42,176 nt of DNA from Oscillospiraceae bacterium (GCA_036640155.1 JAVWHI010000002.1:1-42176); one strand, 5' to 3'; positions 24,830 to 34,373 are shown, counted from the stretch's first letter. The notes: generated from the letters alone by a model not told the origin. Program-made: numbers and translations.

Positions 24830-25498
24830 TCATTGTTTGTCGACGATATAATAGTTTTTCTTATCGTCTACAGTCATTAAAAAAATATTTTTTGCTTGCT
24901 TATTATTGATTTTAAGTGTTGTGTTAAGCCATTCTTCAGTTAAATTATATGTTTGCAACGAATGCAATAGAACTTGTCTATCGCTTATAATAACTACAGG
25001 AGGCTTAGAGGTTTGACCGGGAAGTTTAAGCATTTTTGGCGTTAGTGTTTGGGACGAAAATTTTTCTAGTATACTAACTTTGCCGGTTGTTTCTACAACA
25101 GCATATTCGACATCTCTTATATCAAATATTTTTTGCTGGCGAAGTGTTTCCATTAAATCATCAAGTGAAAATCTTATTTTTTTTAGGTGGTTTTGGTCAA
25201 TTACACCGTCATGAATAATAATCATTGGCTTTCCCGACATGAACTGTCTAAAGCCTTTAAATCTTAATGAAATATTTGAAACGAAAATTTCAAATCCAAC
25301 TAGCACAAGAATAGGAATTGCACCTAACACCATTGGTATTTCAGTATCTTCAATCGGAAGTGAAGCAATATTTGAAATTAATATTGTGATTACAAATTCA
25401 GAAGGCTGGAGTTCACCTAACTGCCTTTTACCCATAAGTCGCAGACTAAACATAATAATGATGTATAGAAGAATTGCTCTAATAAAAACAACAAGCAT
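24830..25498 (-). CDS. DUF421 (YetF-like) membrane protein
   Basis: N-terminal 3 TM segments with LRLMGKRQLGELQPSEFVITILI, and a C-terminal soluble YetF-type domain. Confidence 0.8.
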   Translation of the reverse strand: MLVVFIRAILLYIIIMFSLRLMGKRQLGELQPSEFVITILISNIASLPIEDTEIPMVLGAIPILVLVGFEIFVSNISLRFKGFRQFMSGKPMIIIHDGVIDQNHLKKIRFSLDDLMETLRQQKIFDIRDVEYAVVETTGKVSILEKFSSQTLTPKMLKLPGQTSKPPVVIISDRQVLLHSLQTYNLTEEWLNTTLKINNKQAKNIFLMTVDDKKNYYIVDKQ

Positions 25499-25588
25499 GC
25501 ACTCACCTCATAATATGGCGTTATATAACACTTTTAAATGGTATATTAGTTGTTTGCATTTTAATTAGTATTATTCCTGCAAAATTTG

Positions 25589-25617
25589 TTGAAAAACAAG
25601 TCTAGATGTAGTATAAT
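25589..25617 (+). promoter_or_regulatory. Sigma-A type promoter for hprK
   Basis: TTGAAA (25589-25594), 17-nt spacer, TATAAT (25612-25617). Confidence 0.6.
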
Positions 25618-25657
25618 TTTATTATTATAAATTATAAAAAGAAATGGAGTGAGCATT

Positions 25658-26617
25658 ATGTCTGCACAATTTACGGTTTCATTATCTAAAATAATCAAAG
25701 ACCTTGGCCTTGAAGTTATCTATTTACCACCTAGCGATGACGATATATTAATTTCAAGTGCCGATATTAATCGTCCTGGTCTTAATTTAACTGGGTTTTT
25801 CGAGTATTTTGACCCGTCACGAATCCAAATACTAGGAAGAATGGAATTTTCATATTTGGATGGCCTCGATCCGGAAATTAGGAAAAAGAATGTTTGCGAA
25901 TTATTTGCACAGAAATTCCCGGCAGTTATTATCACTCGTGGACTTGATATTAGTCAAGATATTATTGATGCTGTAACTCAATACGGTGTTGCCTGTCTTA
26001 GAACGCAAGAGCCAACGTCAAACTTTATGTCCGGAATAATTTCATATTTGAATGTTGAATTAGCGCCAAGAATCACTCGCCATGGTGTTTTAATCGAGGC
26101 TTATGGAGAAGGCGTTTTACTTTTAGGTGAAAGCGGAGTCGGAAAAAGCGAAACCGCTATTGAACTTGTAAAAAGAGGACACCGTTTAATAGCTGACGAT
26201 GCTGTTGAAATTAGACGTGTTTCAAATAAAACACTTGTAGGAACTTCCCCTGAAAACATTCGTCACTTTCTTGAAGTGCGTGGTATCGGAATAATTAACG
26301 CTAGACGACTTTTTGGTATGGGCGCTGTTAAAGTAACAGAAAAAATCGATATGATTGTTAAATTAGAAAACTGGGACCCTAATAAAGTGTATGATAGAAT
26401 GGGCTTAGAAGATGAATTTGCTACAATTTTAGGAATACAAGTTCCTTCACTTACAATACCGGTAAAGCCGGGTAGAAACCTTGCTATTATTTTGGAAGTT
26501 GCAGCTATGAATAATCGTCAAAAAAAGATGGGCTATAATGCAGCTCAAGAACTTATGCAAAATTTAGGAATGCCAGCGTCTGACACGGGAGACATTAGAA
26601 ATTGGGACCTATATTAA
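25658..26617 (+). CDS. hprK: HPr kinase/phosphorylase
   Basis: Walker A GESGVGKSE, LIADDAVEI, EVRGIGIIN. The ATG at 25658 is 8 nt from GGAG. Confidence 0.95.
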   Translation: MSAQFTVSLSKIIKDLGLEVIYLPPSDDDILISSADINRPGLNLTGFFEYFDPSRIQILGRMEFSYLDGLDPEIRKKNVCELFAQKFPAVIITRGLDISQDIIDAVTQYGVACLRTQEPTSNFMSGIISYLNVELAPRITRHGVLIEAYGEGVLLLGESGVGKSETAIELVKRGHRLIADDAVEIRRVSNKTLVGTSPENIRHFLEVRGIGIINARRLFGMGAVKVTEKIDMIVKLENWDPNKVYDRMGLEDEFATILGIQVPSLTIPVKPGRNLAIILEVAAMNNRQKKMGYNAAQELMQNLGMPASDTGDIRNWDLY

Positions 26618-26644
26618 GTAACTTTCTATAAAAGAGGAATACGA

Positions 26645-27364
26645 ATGAAGTTAATCGCAGATACACATTGTCATACATGCGCATCAGATCACGCATTTTC
26701 GACAGTACTTGAAAACGCAACTTTTGCATCTCAAATCGGTCTAAAATACCTTGCAATAACCGACCATGCACCGACACTTCCTGATGCGCCACACCCATGG
26801 CACTTCAACTGTTTAAATATGATTCCTGATGAACTTTTTGGAGTCAAAATACTAACAGGAATTGAGGCTAATATTCTTGACGTCAATGGAAATATTGATA
26901 TTGATGAAAGCACACTAAAAAATATGAAGTGGGTGGTAGCATCGTTACATGAGCCGGTAATGCCACCGACGGATCAACAAACTCACACGAATGCGATAAT
27001 AAACACTATTAAAAATAACCTGGTAGTTGACACTATCGGACATCTTAATAGCTTTTATTTTCCATGTGACTTACAAAAAATAGTTTGCTTTTTAAAAGAA
27101 TATGAAAGACCTATTGAAATCAATGAAAACTCCTTAAAAAAGCCTGCCAACATGAAAAACGCAGTTGAACTTGTTGAATTTGCTAAAAAATATGATGCAA
27201 AAGTTATCATCAATTCAGATGCGCATTTTGCCTTAAACGTTGGACAAGCCAATAATTCGTTTGCACTTTTGAATCAATTGGAGTTTCCTGAAAAGTTGAT
27301 AATCAATGCAGATTTAGCTTCATTTGAAGACTACTTAAAATTGAGACTTGAAAGATTGGGGTAG
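26645..27364 (+). CDS. PHP-domain phosphoesterase (YcdX-like)
   Basis: HCHTCASDHA N-terminal metal motif, ITDHAP, a GIE....H pattern, and a C-terminal INSDAH. Confidence 0.8.
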   Translation: MKLIADTHCHTCASDHAFSTVLENATFASQIGLKYLAITDHAPTLPDAPHPWHFNCLNMIPDELFGVKILTGIEANILDVNGNIDIDESTLKNMKWVVASLHEPVMPPTDQQTHTNAIINTIKNNLVVDTIGHLNSFYFPCDLQKIVCFLKEYERPIEINENSLKKPANMKNAVELVEFAKKYDAKVIINSDAHFALNVGQANNSFALLNQLEFPEKLIINADLASFEDYLKLRLERLG

Positions 27365-27367
27365 CTT

Positions 27368-27943
27368 ATGCTTAATCAAAAAGCTATTGCGGTTTACGAA
27401 TACATTAAAGAGCGAATTTCAAACGATTATTCACCAACAGTGCGTGAAATATGTGCTGATTTAGACTTAAAGTCGACATCTACTGCTTTTTCATATATAA
27501 ACGAGTTGTGTGAGCATGGACTTATCGAAAAACACGGAAATAAAAACCGTTCTCTTTCATTACCGGCAAATAGCGCAGTAGTGCCAATTTTAGGGACGGT
27601 TGCCGCCGGTACACCAATTTTAGCATATGAAGATATTCAGGGCTATGTATCGTGTTGTAATTATAAGGGCAGTATTAACGACTTGTTTGCACTTCGCATA
27701 AAAGGCGAGAGTATGATTAATGTCGGAATCCTAGACGGGGACATTGTCATTGCTAAAAAAACTGCTGTAGCTGAAAATGGAACTATTGCTGTTTGCATGG
27801 TTGATGAAGAAGCGACAGTTAAAAGATTTTTTAAAGAGAATGGTCACTACCGATTGCAACCTGAAAACGATGATTTTAACCCCATTATTGTCGACCATGT
27901 TACAATATTAGGTGTACTTGTTTCATGCGTTCGATATTATTAG
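27368..27943 (+). CDS. lexA: LexA repressor
   Basis: N-terminal winged HTH (TVREICADLDLKSTSTAFSYINELCEHGLIEK). Cleavage region VPILGTVAAGTPI. Ser/Lys dyad context IKGESMI ... VKRF. Confidence 0.9.
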   Translation: MLNQKAIAVYEYIKERISNDYSPTVREICADLDLKSTSTAFSYINELCEHGLIEKHGNKNRSLSLPANSAVVPILGTVAAGTPILAYEDIQGYVSCCNYKGSINDLFALRIKGESMINVGILDGDIVIAKKTAVAENGTIAVCMVDEEATVKRFFKENGHYRLQPENDDFNPIIVDHVTILGVLVSCVRYY

Positions 27944-27991
27944 TAAGCGTATTATTACACGTGTTTAACACAGTTTTTAGGAGGAATTAGG

Positions 27992-29278
27992 TTGACATAT
28001 AAAAAAGCTGAAGAGTATATTCATTCGCTTGAAAAGTTTGGCTCAAAATTAGGGCTTGAAAGAATTACGACGCTTTTAAATTATTTAGGAAATCCACATA
28101 AAAAACTCAAGTTTGTTCATATTGCAGGAACAAATGGCAAAGGCTCAACAGTTGCAATGAGTTCTAAAATACTAAGATACTCAGGATATAAAGTTGGAAT
28201 GTATATTTCACCTTTTGTTATAGATTTTCGTGAACGGTTTCAAATTAACGGAAAAATGATAGAAAAACAGGAATTTGCGGACTTAATTGAACGTATAAAA
28301 CCATTTGCAGATAAAATGGAGAAAAATGGCGAGCAGGTCACAGAATATGAAATAATAACTGCACTTGCGTTTTTATTTTATTATCAGAATAAGTGTGATA
28401 TCGTTTGCTTGGAGGTAGGACTAGGTGGCACTTACGATGCTACTAACGTTATAGATACACCTCTAGTTGCTATTATAGCCTCGATATCGCTCGACCACAC
28501 CACAGTCTTAGGCAATACCATAGCACAAATTGCAGCACAAAAAGCAGGTATTATTAAAAAAAATACGACAGTTGTGACGTATCCATGTCAAGAAACGGAT
28601 GCTATTTCTGTGTTTATGGAACAATGTGAAAAAACAAGTAGTACGCTTATTGTACCAAATTCAAACAATGTAGAAATTTTAGAAGATGGAATATTAGGCT
28701 CTAAATTTATTTATGGCACACAAAAATACTCACTAAAACTTATCGGCACACATCAAATTTATAATGCGATTGCGGTTATTGAGGGCATGCGAGTATTAGC
28801 AAAAAAAGGGTTTGCAATAAGCGAAGAAAATATTAAAAAAGGTCTTAAAAGTGCAACTTTTCCGGCTAGATTTGAAATTTTTTCTAAATCCCCGGTAGTT
28901 ATTTTAGATGGAGCGCATAACTCACAAGCGGCACTGTCTTTAGCAAACAGCTTAGACAAGCTTCAAGTAAGCCGACTAGTTTGCATTATCGGCATAATGG
29001 CAGATAAAGATTACAAAACAGTCGCACGACTTATCTCGACTCGTTGCAACAAAGTCATAACTATACCGGTAAATAACCCACGTGCAATTAATAATAAAGT
29101 TCTTGCTGATTATATGAAACAATATTGCGACAACACAGTCGCTGAAGATAACTTGGAAAAAGCTTTTTATGATGCACTTGATTTTGCACAAACAGATGGC
29201 GGTATAATTGTATGCGGTTCTTTTTATATGGCAAGCGAAATGAGAAAAATAATAAAAATTTGGGTTAAATCCAAATAA
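27992..29278 (+). CDS. folC: Bifunctional folylpolyglutamate synthase / dihydrofolate synthase
   Basis: TTG start 7 nt after AGGAGG. P-loop HIAGTNGKGST, a Mur-ligase fold (EVGLGG, DHT..LG), and a C-terminal domain DGAHN. Confidence 0.9.
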   Translation: MTYKKAEEYIHSLEKFGSKLGLERITTLLNYLGNPHKKLKFVHIAGTNGKGSTVAMSSKILRYSGYKVGMYISPFVIDFRERFQINGKMIEKQEFADLIERIKPFADKMEKNGEQVTEYEIITALAFLFYYQNKCDIVCLEVGLGGTYDATNVIDTPLVAIIASISLDHTTVLGNTIAQIAAQKAGIIKKNTTVVTYPCQETDAISVFMEQCEKTSSTLIVPNSNNVEILEDGILGSKFIYGTQKYSLKLIGTHQIYNAIAVIEGMRVLAKKGFAISEENIKKGLKSATFPARFEIFSKSPVVILDGAHNSQAALSLANSLDKLQVSRLVCIIGIMADKDYKTVARLISTRCNKVITIPVNNPRAINNKVLADYMKQYCDNTVAEDNLEKAFYDALDFAQTDGGIIVCGSFYMASEMRKIIKIWVKSK

Positions 29279-29297
29279 TGACAAAATTTTCACTTAT

Positions 29298-29339
29298 AAA
29301 GCAGTATCATTATGTTATATGATACTGCTTTTTCTTTTT
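29298..29339 (+). terminator. Intrinsic terminator after folC
   Basis: AAAGCAGTATCAT / ATGATACTGCTTT, a perfect 13-bp stem with an 8-nt loop, followed by TTCTTTTT. Confidence 0.8.
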
Positions 29340-29464
29340 GCATATTTTTTTAGCACTGTCATATAGCGTAATTAATTGATATGCTTTTACTTTTTTGCAA
29401 TAAGGTAGAGTAAAGCATCTCGTTAAATTTCGTTACAGCTGCTTTTTTGAAGGAGGAATTTAAA

Positions 29465-29770
29465 ATGGTGACAATTGAAAACACCAAAGACACAATCATT
29501 GCCTATATCTCTGGGGATATAGACCATCACACAGCAAAAGGGGTCAGAGAAAGAATTGATGGCACGATAGAAATTGGAATGCCAAAGCATTTAGTACTGG
29601 ATTTTAAAAACGTAACATTTATGGACAGCAGTGGAATTGGACTAGTTATGGGCAGGTATAAACTTATGGAATCGGTTGGTGGTGATGTAAAGGTCAGTAA
29701 TGCTTCAGCACACATCAAAAAAGTAATGAAACTTGCGGGGTTAGATAGACTTGCAGTGTTTTGTGATTAA
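29465..29770 (+). CDS. spoIIAA: Anti-sigma-F factor antagonist SpoIIAA (STAS domain)
   Basis: The ATG at 29465 is 8 nt after GAAGGAGG. STAS fold with the phosphorylatable Ser motif FMDSSGIGLVMGRY. Confidence 0.9.
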   Translation: MVTIENTKDTIIAYISGDIDHHTAKGVRERIDGTIEIGMPKHLVLDFKNVTFMDSSGIGLVMGRYKLMESVGGDVKVSNASAHIKKVMKLAGLDRLAVFCD

Positions 29771-29790
29771 GTAGCAAAAGGAGAATCAAT

Positions 29791-30234
29791 ATGAAGATTG
29801 TAAACGAAGTTAAAATAAACTTTTTAAGTAAATCAGCAAACGAAGCATTTGCAAGAACAGCAGTTTGTGCTTTCTTGTCGCAGTTAGATCCAACTGTTGA
29901 TGAAGTAGTTGACGTTAAAACTGCTGTCAGTGAAGCGGTGACTAATTCGATTGTGCATGCTTATAAAGAGACGATTGGTAAAATTGTTATGACAATGCGC
30001 ATATTGGAGGATAATACTATATACATAAAAATAAAAGATAATGGCTGTGGTATTGATAACATTAAAATGGCAATGACACCGTTATTCACAACTGCAAAAA
30101 ATGATGAACGTGCTGGGCTTGGTTTTGCAGTTATGGAATCCTTCATGGATAAAGTTAAAGTCTATTCTGATACTGGTAAAGGCACTAGTGTTATAATGAC
30201 TAAAAAATTAAATTCACGAGATTTTTATGATTAA
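29791..30234 (+). CDS. spoIIAB: Anti-sigma-F factor SpoIIAB (Ser kinase)
   Basis: GHKL kinase boxes EAVTNSIVHAY, DNGCGI, GLGF. Confidence 0.92.
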   Translation: MKIVNEVKINFLSKSANEAFARTAVCAFLSQLDPTVDEVVDVKTAVSEAVTNSIVHAYKETIGKIVMTMRILEDNTIYIKIKDNGCGIDNIKMAMTPLFTTAKNDERAGLGFAVMESFMDKVKVYSDTGKGTSVIMTKKLNSRDFYD

Positions 30235-30898
30235 GCTTGATGGCGAAAAAGATATCTTTGTCAAGGAAAATTTGGGGCTTGTTCATTTATGTGCCAACAA
30301 AATGCGAGGTCGGGGTATTGAATATGACGACTTATATGGAGCTGGCTGCATGGGACTTTTAAAAGCTATCAATGGTTTTGATGAAAGCCGGGGCGTTGCT
30401 TTTTCAACCTATGCTGTGCCGGTTATTTTAGGCGAAATAAAACGTCTTTTTCGAGATGGCGGAGCTTTAAAGGTAAGTCGAAGTCTTAAGGAATTATCCA
30501 TGCGTGCAGTCAGAGAAAGAGAAAAATATATCGCTGTTAATTTTAAAGAGCCAACTATATCTATACTTGCTAATTTACTTGGAGAATCAGTAGAATTAAC
30601 AGTAGAAGCACTAGGTGCAAGTCTTCCGCCAATGTCACTTACTGATAATGGCGACGATGACCAAACAACGCAAATGGACATTCCAGTACCGGACACGCAG
30701 GACAGTATTGCTGATATTATTTCTTTAAAAGAGGTTATCAAACATCTTGACCCGCAAGATAGGACATTGATTTTTTTACGCTATTTTAAAAATAAAACTC
30801 AAACACAAACAGCAAAACAGTTAGGACTTTCACAAGTCCAGGTATCACGGCGAGAAAAAAAGATTTTAACAATACTAAAAAATATGCTATGTGAATGA
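30227..30898 (+). CDS. sigF: Sporulation sigma factor SigF
   Basis: Overlaps the spoIIAB stop. Region 2 FSTYAVPVILGEIKRLFRD, KVSRSLKEL. Region 4 TQTQTAKQLGLSQVQVSRREKKIL. Operon order IIAA-IIAB-sigF. Confidence 0.9.
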   Translation: MIKLDGEKDIFVKENLGLVHLCANKMRGRGIEYDDLYGAGCMGLLKAINGFDESRGVAFSTYAVPVILGEIKRLFRDGGALKVSRSLKELSMRAVREREKYIAVNFKEPTISILANLLGESVELTVEALGASLPPMSLTDNGDDDQTTQMDIPVPDTQDSIADIISLKEVIKHLDPQDRTLIFLRYFKNKTQTQTAKQLGLSQVQVSRREKKILTILKNMLCE

Positions 30899-30900
30899 AA

Positions 30901-30946
30901 AAAGTGCTTGCTGAATTAAAAGGCAGGCACTTTCGTTTTTTATTTT
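30901..30946 (+). terminator. Intrinsic terminator after sigF
   Basis: AAAGTGCTTGC / GCAGGCACTTT, an 11-bp stem with one G-U pair, followed by CGTTTTTTATTTTT. Confidence 0.75.
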
Positions 30947-31134
30947 TAACTTTGTTATTAACATTTTTATTTGTGCAATTATAACAAAACGGAGTTATTT
31001 AAAAGTAAATAGTAGCATTACGGTGTAAAACAGAGTATTTTAAAGCATTCAGGTAACAGTTTGAAACTAAAATTGCATTATAAGTGTTTTTATATGGAAT
31101 AATGCGAAAAATTCAAGAATTTTTTCAAAAACAC

Positions 31135-31163
31135 TTGACATTTCAATCAAAAAGCCTTATATT
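31135..31163 (+). promoter_or_regulatory. Sigma-A type promoter for potABCD
   Basis: TTGACA (31135-31140), 17-nt spacer, TATATT (31158-31163). Confidence 0.55.
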
Positions 31164-31169
31164 ATTACT

Positions 31170-31375
31170 TGTTATTTTTGTGTCTAAAAAATACATTGGT
31201 AAAAATTAATATCGTATGCGTCGCTGTGATTTGTGCTATGCACAATGAAGCCTTTTGCGGGCGGTGATGTCAAAAGATATTGGGGCATATGCTTTTATTA
31301 AGTTTTATGAAATAGAGCAATATATTCATAAAAATAGTTTAAAGCATAGCTAAATCCGCAAAGGGGGATACAATA
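31170..31375 (+). promoter_or_regulatory. Long structured 5' leader of potA (unclassified candidate cis-regulatory RNA)
   Basis: Domain 1: AATATC (31208-13) / GATATT (31276-81) encloses CGTCGC (31219-24) / GCGGGCG (31257-63) and the hairpin TTGTGC-TAT-GCACAA (31231-45). Domain 2: GCATATGCTTT (31285-95) / AAAGCATAGC (31341-50) with inner TTTTATGAA / TTCATAAAA (31303-11 / 31325-33). The SD GGGGGA is at 31363-68. Confidence 0.4.
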
Positions 31376-32764
31376 ATGAGTGAAAAAAAATTACTCGAAC
31401 TCAAAAATATTGTCTTGGATTATGACCAAGACAGAATCTTAGACAACATCAATCTCTATATAAGGGATAAGGAATTTGTCACGTTATTAGGACCATCAGG
31501 CTGTGGAAAAACAACAACTCTTAGAATAATAGGTGGCTTTGTTAATCCTGATAAAGGCGACGTGCTTTTTGAAGGCAAGAAAATAAACGATGTGCCACCA
31601 CATAAACGCCCTGTCAACACGGTGTTTCAAAGGTATGCACTTTTTCCACATTTGAATGTATTTGAAAATGTTGCGTTTGGATTAAGGGTGCAAAAACTAG
31701 AAAAAAAAGAAATTAAAAACCGTGTTACAAAAATGCTCGAAATTGTTGATTTGAAAGGTTTTGACAAGAGAAAAGTCACAAAACTTTCAGGCGGTCAACA
31801 ACAGCGTGTAGCAATTGCAAGAGCGCTTGTTATGCGTCCGAAAATCTTACTACTTGATGAGCCTTTAGGTGCATTGGATTTAAAGTTACGTAAGGAAATG
31901 CAGCTTGAATTAAAGCAGATTCAACAGCAGCTAGAAATAACATTTGTTTATGTAACACATGACCAAGAAGAGGCACTTTCAATGTCGGATACCATTGTGG
32001 TAATGAAAGACGGAGAAATCCAGCAAATTGGAACGCCACAGGATATTTATAACGAACCTAAAAATGCGTTTGTTGCCGATTTTATTGGAGAGAGCAATAT
32101 ATTTGATGGCATATTTGTAAAAGACTTTGTTGTAAGCTTTTGCGGAAAAACTTTCCCGTGCGTTGATAAAGGATTTACTTCTAATCTTCCTATTGATGTT
32201 GTTATAAGACCGGAAGACCTACTAATCACGACTAAAGAACAAGGCATGGTTGTCGGCACAGTAACTTCAGTAGTGTTTAAAGGCGTACATTACGAGATGA
32301 ATATTAACTGTGATGGGCTTGACTGGGTGGTGCATTCGACAAAATGCAAAAATGTCGGAGAGGAAGTAGGACTTTCCTTTACAGATGAAGATATTCATAT
32401 TATGAATAAGCTATTTAAAGGTAATACAAATAAAGTTAGTGCAACGGTTATTGATGAAGATACTATTGAATTTTTGGGAGTTTCATTTGTTAGAAAGTCA
32501 CATGGATTTACTAACAATGTTATGCTAACGATAAGTCCAAAAATCATTACAGTTGTTTCGCAAGACCTTGCAGATATAACGGTATATCTTGAATCATTAA
32601 TATATAAAGGTGCGTTTAATGAGCTTATTGTGTTTGTTTATTCAGCAAATATGGAGCTTATGGTGCATTCACAAAGCGACGAACAGTTAGCTACAGATAT
32701 CGGCATAAAATTTGATTTTGACAAAATCGAAATTGAACAGCTTAATAATGACGAGGAGGTGTAG
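31376..32764 (+). CDS. potA: Spermidine/putrescine ABC transporter ATP-binding protein PotA, with a C-terminal extension
   Basis: [49 protein letters not shown]-like domain is followed by about 115 extra residues resembling a second TOBE. Confidence 0.9.
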   Translation: MSEKKLLELKNIVLDYDQDRILDNINLYIRDKEFVTLLGPSGCGKTTTLRIIGGFVNPDKGDVLFEGKKINDVPPHKRPVNTVFQRYALFPHLNVFENVAFGLRVQKLEKKEIKNRVTKMLEIVDLKGFDKRKVTKLSGGQQQRVAIARALVMRPKILLLDEPLGALDLKLRKEMQLELKQIQQQLEITFVYVTHDQEEALSMSDTIVVMKDGEIQQIGTPQDIYNEPKNAFVADFIGESNIFDGIFVKDFVVSFCGKTFPCVDKGFTSNLPIDVVIRPEDLLITTKEQGMVVGTVTSVVFKGVHYEMNINCDGLDWVVHSTKCKNVGEEVGLSFTDEDIHIMNKLFKGNTNKVSATVIDEDTIEFLGVSFVRKSHGFTNNVMLTISPKIITVVSQDLADITVYLESLIYKGAFNELIVFVYSANMELMVHSQSDEQLATDIGIKFDFDKIEIEQLNNDEEV

Positions 32765-32766
32765 AC

Positions 32767-33579
32767 TTGAAAAAAAGTCATACTGCACTTCCATATGTGC
32801 TATGGAGTATAGCCTTTACGGTTATACCTTTAATGTTAATCTTCTTTTTTGCTTTTACGACAAAATCCGGTGGGTTTACACTCGCCAACATAGAAAAAAT
32901 CGGCAAATACACACCTGTTTTAATTAAAACTTTAAACCTTGGGGCAATTGCCACACTGATTTGTTTTATTATTGGATATCCATTGGCTTATTTAATTTCA
33001 CGTGCTAGCGAAAAACATCAGAAAATCCTTTTGATGTTGGTTATGCTTCCAATGTGGATGAACTTTTTACTCAGGACATATGGTTGGATGACACTTTTAG
33101 AAAACGAGGGAATCTTAAACAAGATTTTCGGTATTATTGGATTGGGACCATTCAATATGATTGATAATCAGGGCGCAGTAGTTTTGGTTATGGTTTACAA
33201 CTATTTGCCGTTTATGATACTGCCACTCTGTTCGATAATGGTCAAAATTGATAAATCAGTTATAGAGGCTGCACAGGATTTAGGCGCTAATTCATTTAAT
33301 ATCTTGTTAAAAGTTTTATTGCCATTAAGTGTACCCGGGATTGTGTCTGGATTAATTATGGTTTTTGTTCCATCGATTTCAACGTTTATTATTTCAAGAA
33401 TGGTTGGTGGCGGAAACAATAAACTTATCGGAGATATTATTGAGGCACAAATTTTTGGAAACACGTACAATCCTTATGTTGCGTGTGCAATATCGCTTGT
33501 TTTAATGATAGTGATGTTGCTTATTATGGCGGTACTAAATTCTCTGGACGATGAAGATGTGGAGGGAATGCTAGTATGA
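32767..33579 (+). CDS. potB: Spermidine/putrescine ABC transporter permease PotB
   Basis: TTG start 3 nt after the potA stop. 6 TM segments. EAA loop IEAAQDLGANSFNILLKVLLP. Confidence 0.88.
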   Translation: MKKSHTALPYVLWSIAFTVIPLMLIFFFAFTTKSGGFTLANIEKIGKYTPVLIKTLNLGAIATLICFIIGYPLAYLISRASEKHQKILLMLVMLPMWMNFLLRTYGWMTLLENEGILNKIFGIIGLGPFNMIDNQGAVVLVMVYNYLPFMILPLCSIMVKIDKSVIEAAQDLGANSFNILLKVLLPLSVPGIVSGLIMVFVPSISTFIISRMVGGGNNKLIGDIIEAQIFGNTYNPYVACAISLVLMIVMLLIMAVLNSLDDEDVEGMLV

Positions 33580-34373
33580 AAAAGATTCTCAACAACGTTT
33601 TTCTAGTCATTGCTTTCCTCTTTTTATATGCACCGATTTTTGTAATGATTGTTTTTTCATTCAACGAATCAAAAAGCAGAGCAAACTTTACAAATTTCAC
33701 GTTTAAATGGTACAAAGAGCTTTTTCAAAATGACTTAATTATTAATTCGTTTTTTAACACACTTTTTGTTGCAGTAATTGCATCTATTGTTGCAACTCTT
33801 ATTGGAACAATAGCGGCTGTTGGAATAAGCGGTATGAAAAAGCGTTCTCGTGGAATTGTTATGAATATGACGTACATTCCGGTTATTAATCCTGAAATTG
33901 TTACAGGAATATCACTGATGATGTTTTTAATGTTCATTGGTGGTGTAATTGGTGTAGAATTAGGATTTTGGAGCGTGCTTATTTCACACATAACATTTTG
34001 TATGCCTTATGTTGTTTTAAACGTTTTACCAAAATTAAGACAAGTTGATGCTAGTGTTTATGAAGCGGCAGTAGACTTAGGATGTAGTCCTTTTAAGGCG
34101 TTTTTTAAGGCGGTTTTGCCAGAAATAATGCCAGGAATTTTTTCCGGTTTTCTTATGGCTTTCACATTTTCGCTTGACGATTTTGTAATCACATATTTTA
34201 CAAGTGGCAGTTCATATCAAACGTTGCCTGTAACAATCTATGCTATGACACGCAAAAAAGTAAGCCCGGAAATTAATGCCCTTTCAACAATAATGTTTTT
34301 AATAGTTTTAGCACTATTGTTAATAATGAATATTCATGGCTCAAAGGCTTCAAAAAAAGAAAAATATGAATAA
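33576..34373 (+). CDS. potC: Spermidine/putrescine ABC transporter permease PotC
   Basis: Overlaps the potB stop (ATGA). EAA loop YEAAVDLGCSPFKAFFKAVLP. Confidence 0.88.
   Translation: MKKILNNVFLVIAFLFLYAPIFVMIVFSFNESKSRANFTNFTFKWYKELFQNDLIINSFFNTLFVAVIASIVATLIGTIAAVGISGMKKRSRGIVMNMTYIPVINPEIVTGISLMMFLMFIGGVIGVELGFWSVLISHITFCMPYVVLNVLPKLRQVDASVYEAAVDLGCSPFKAFFKAVLPEIMPGIFSGFLMAFTFSLDDFVITYFTSGSSYQTLPVTIYAMTRKKVSPEINALSTIMFLIVLALLLIMNIHGSKASKKEKYE

Noticed and set aside
26560-27370. SOS (LexA) box upstream of lexA
   Set aside because: Eye-scanning for GAAC-N4-GTTC/GTTT found nothing. The absence is reported as a finding rather than a feature, because a matrix scan is needed.
29340-29464. Sigma-H promoter and Spo0A boxes upstream of spoIIAA
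   Set aside because: These are expected biologically. I found only weak matches (TGTCATA around 29357; AAGGTA...GTTAAAT), and none are convincing without a matrix scan.
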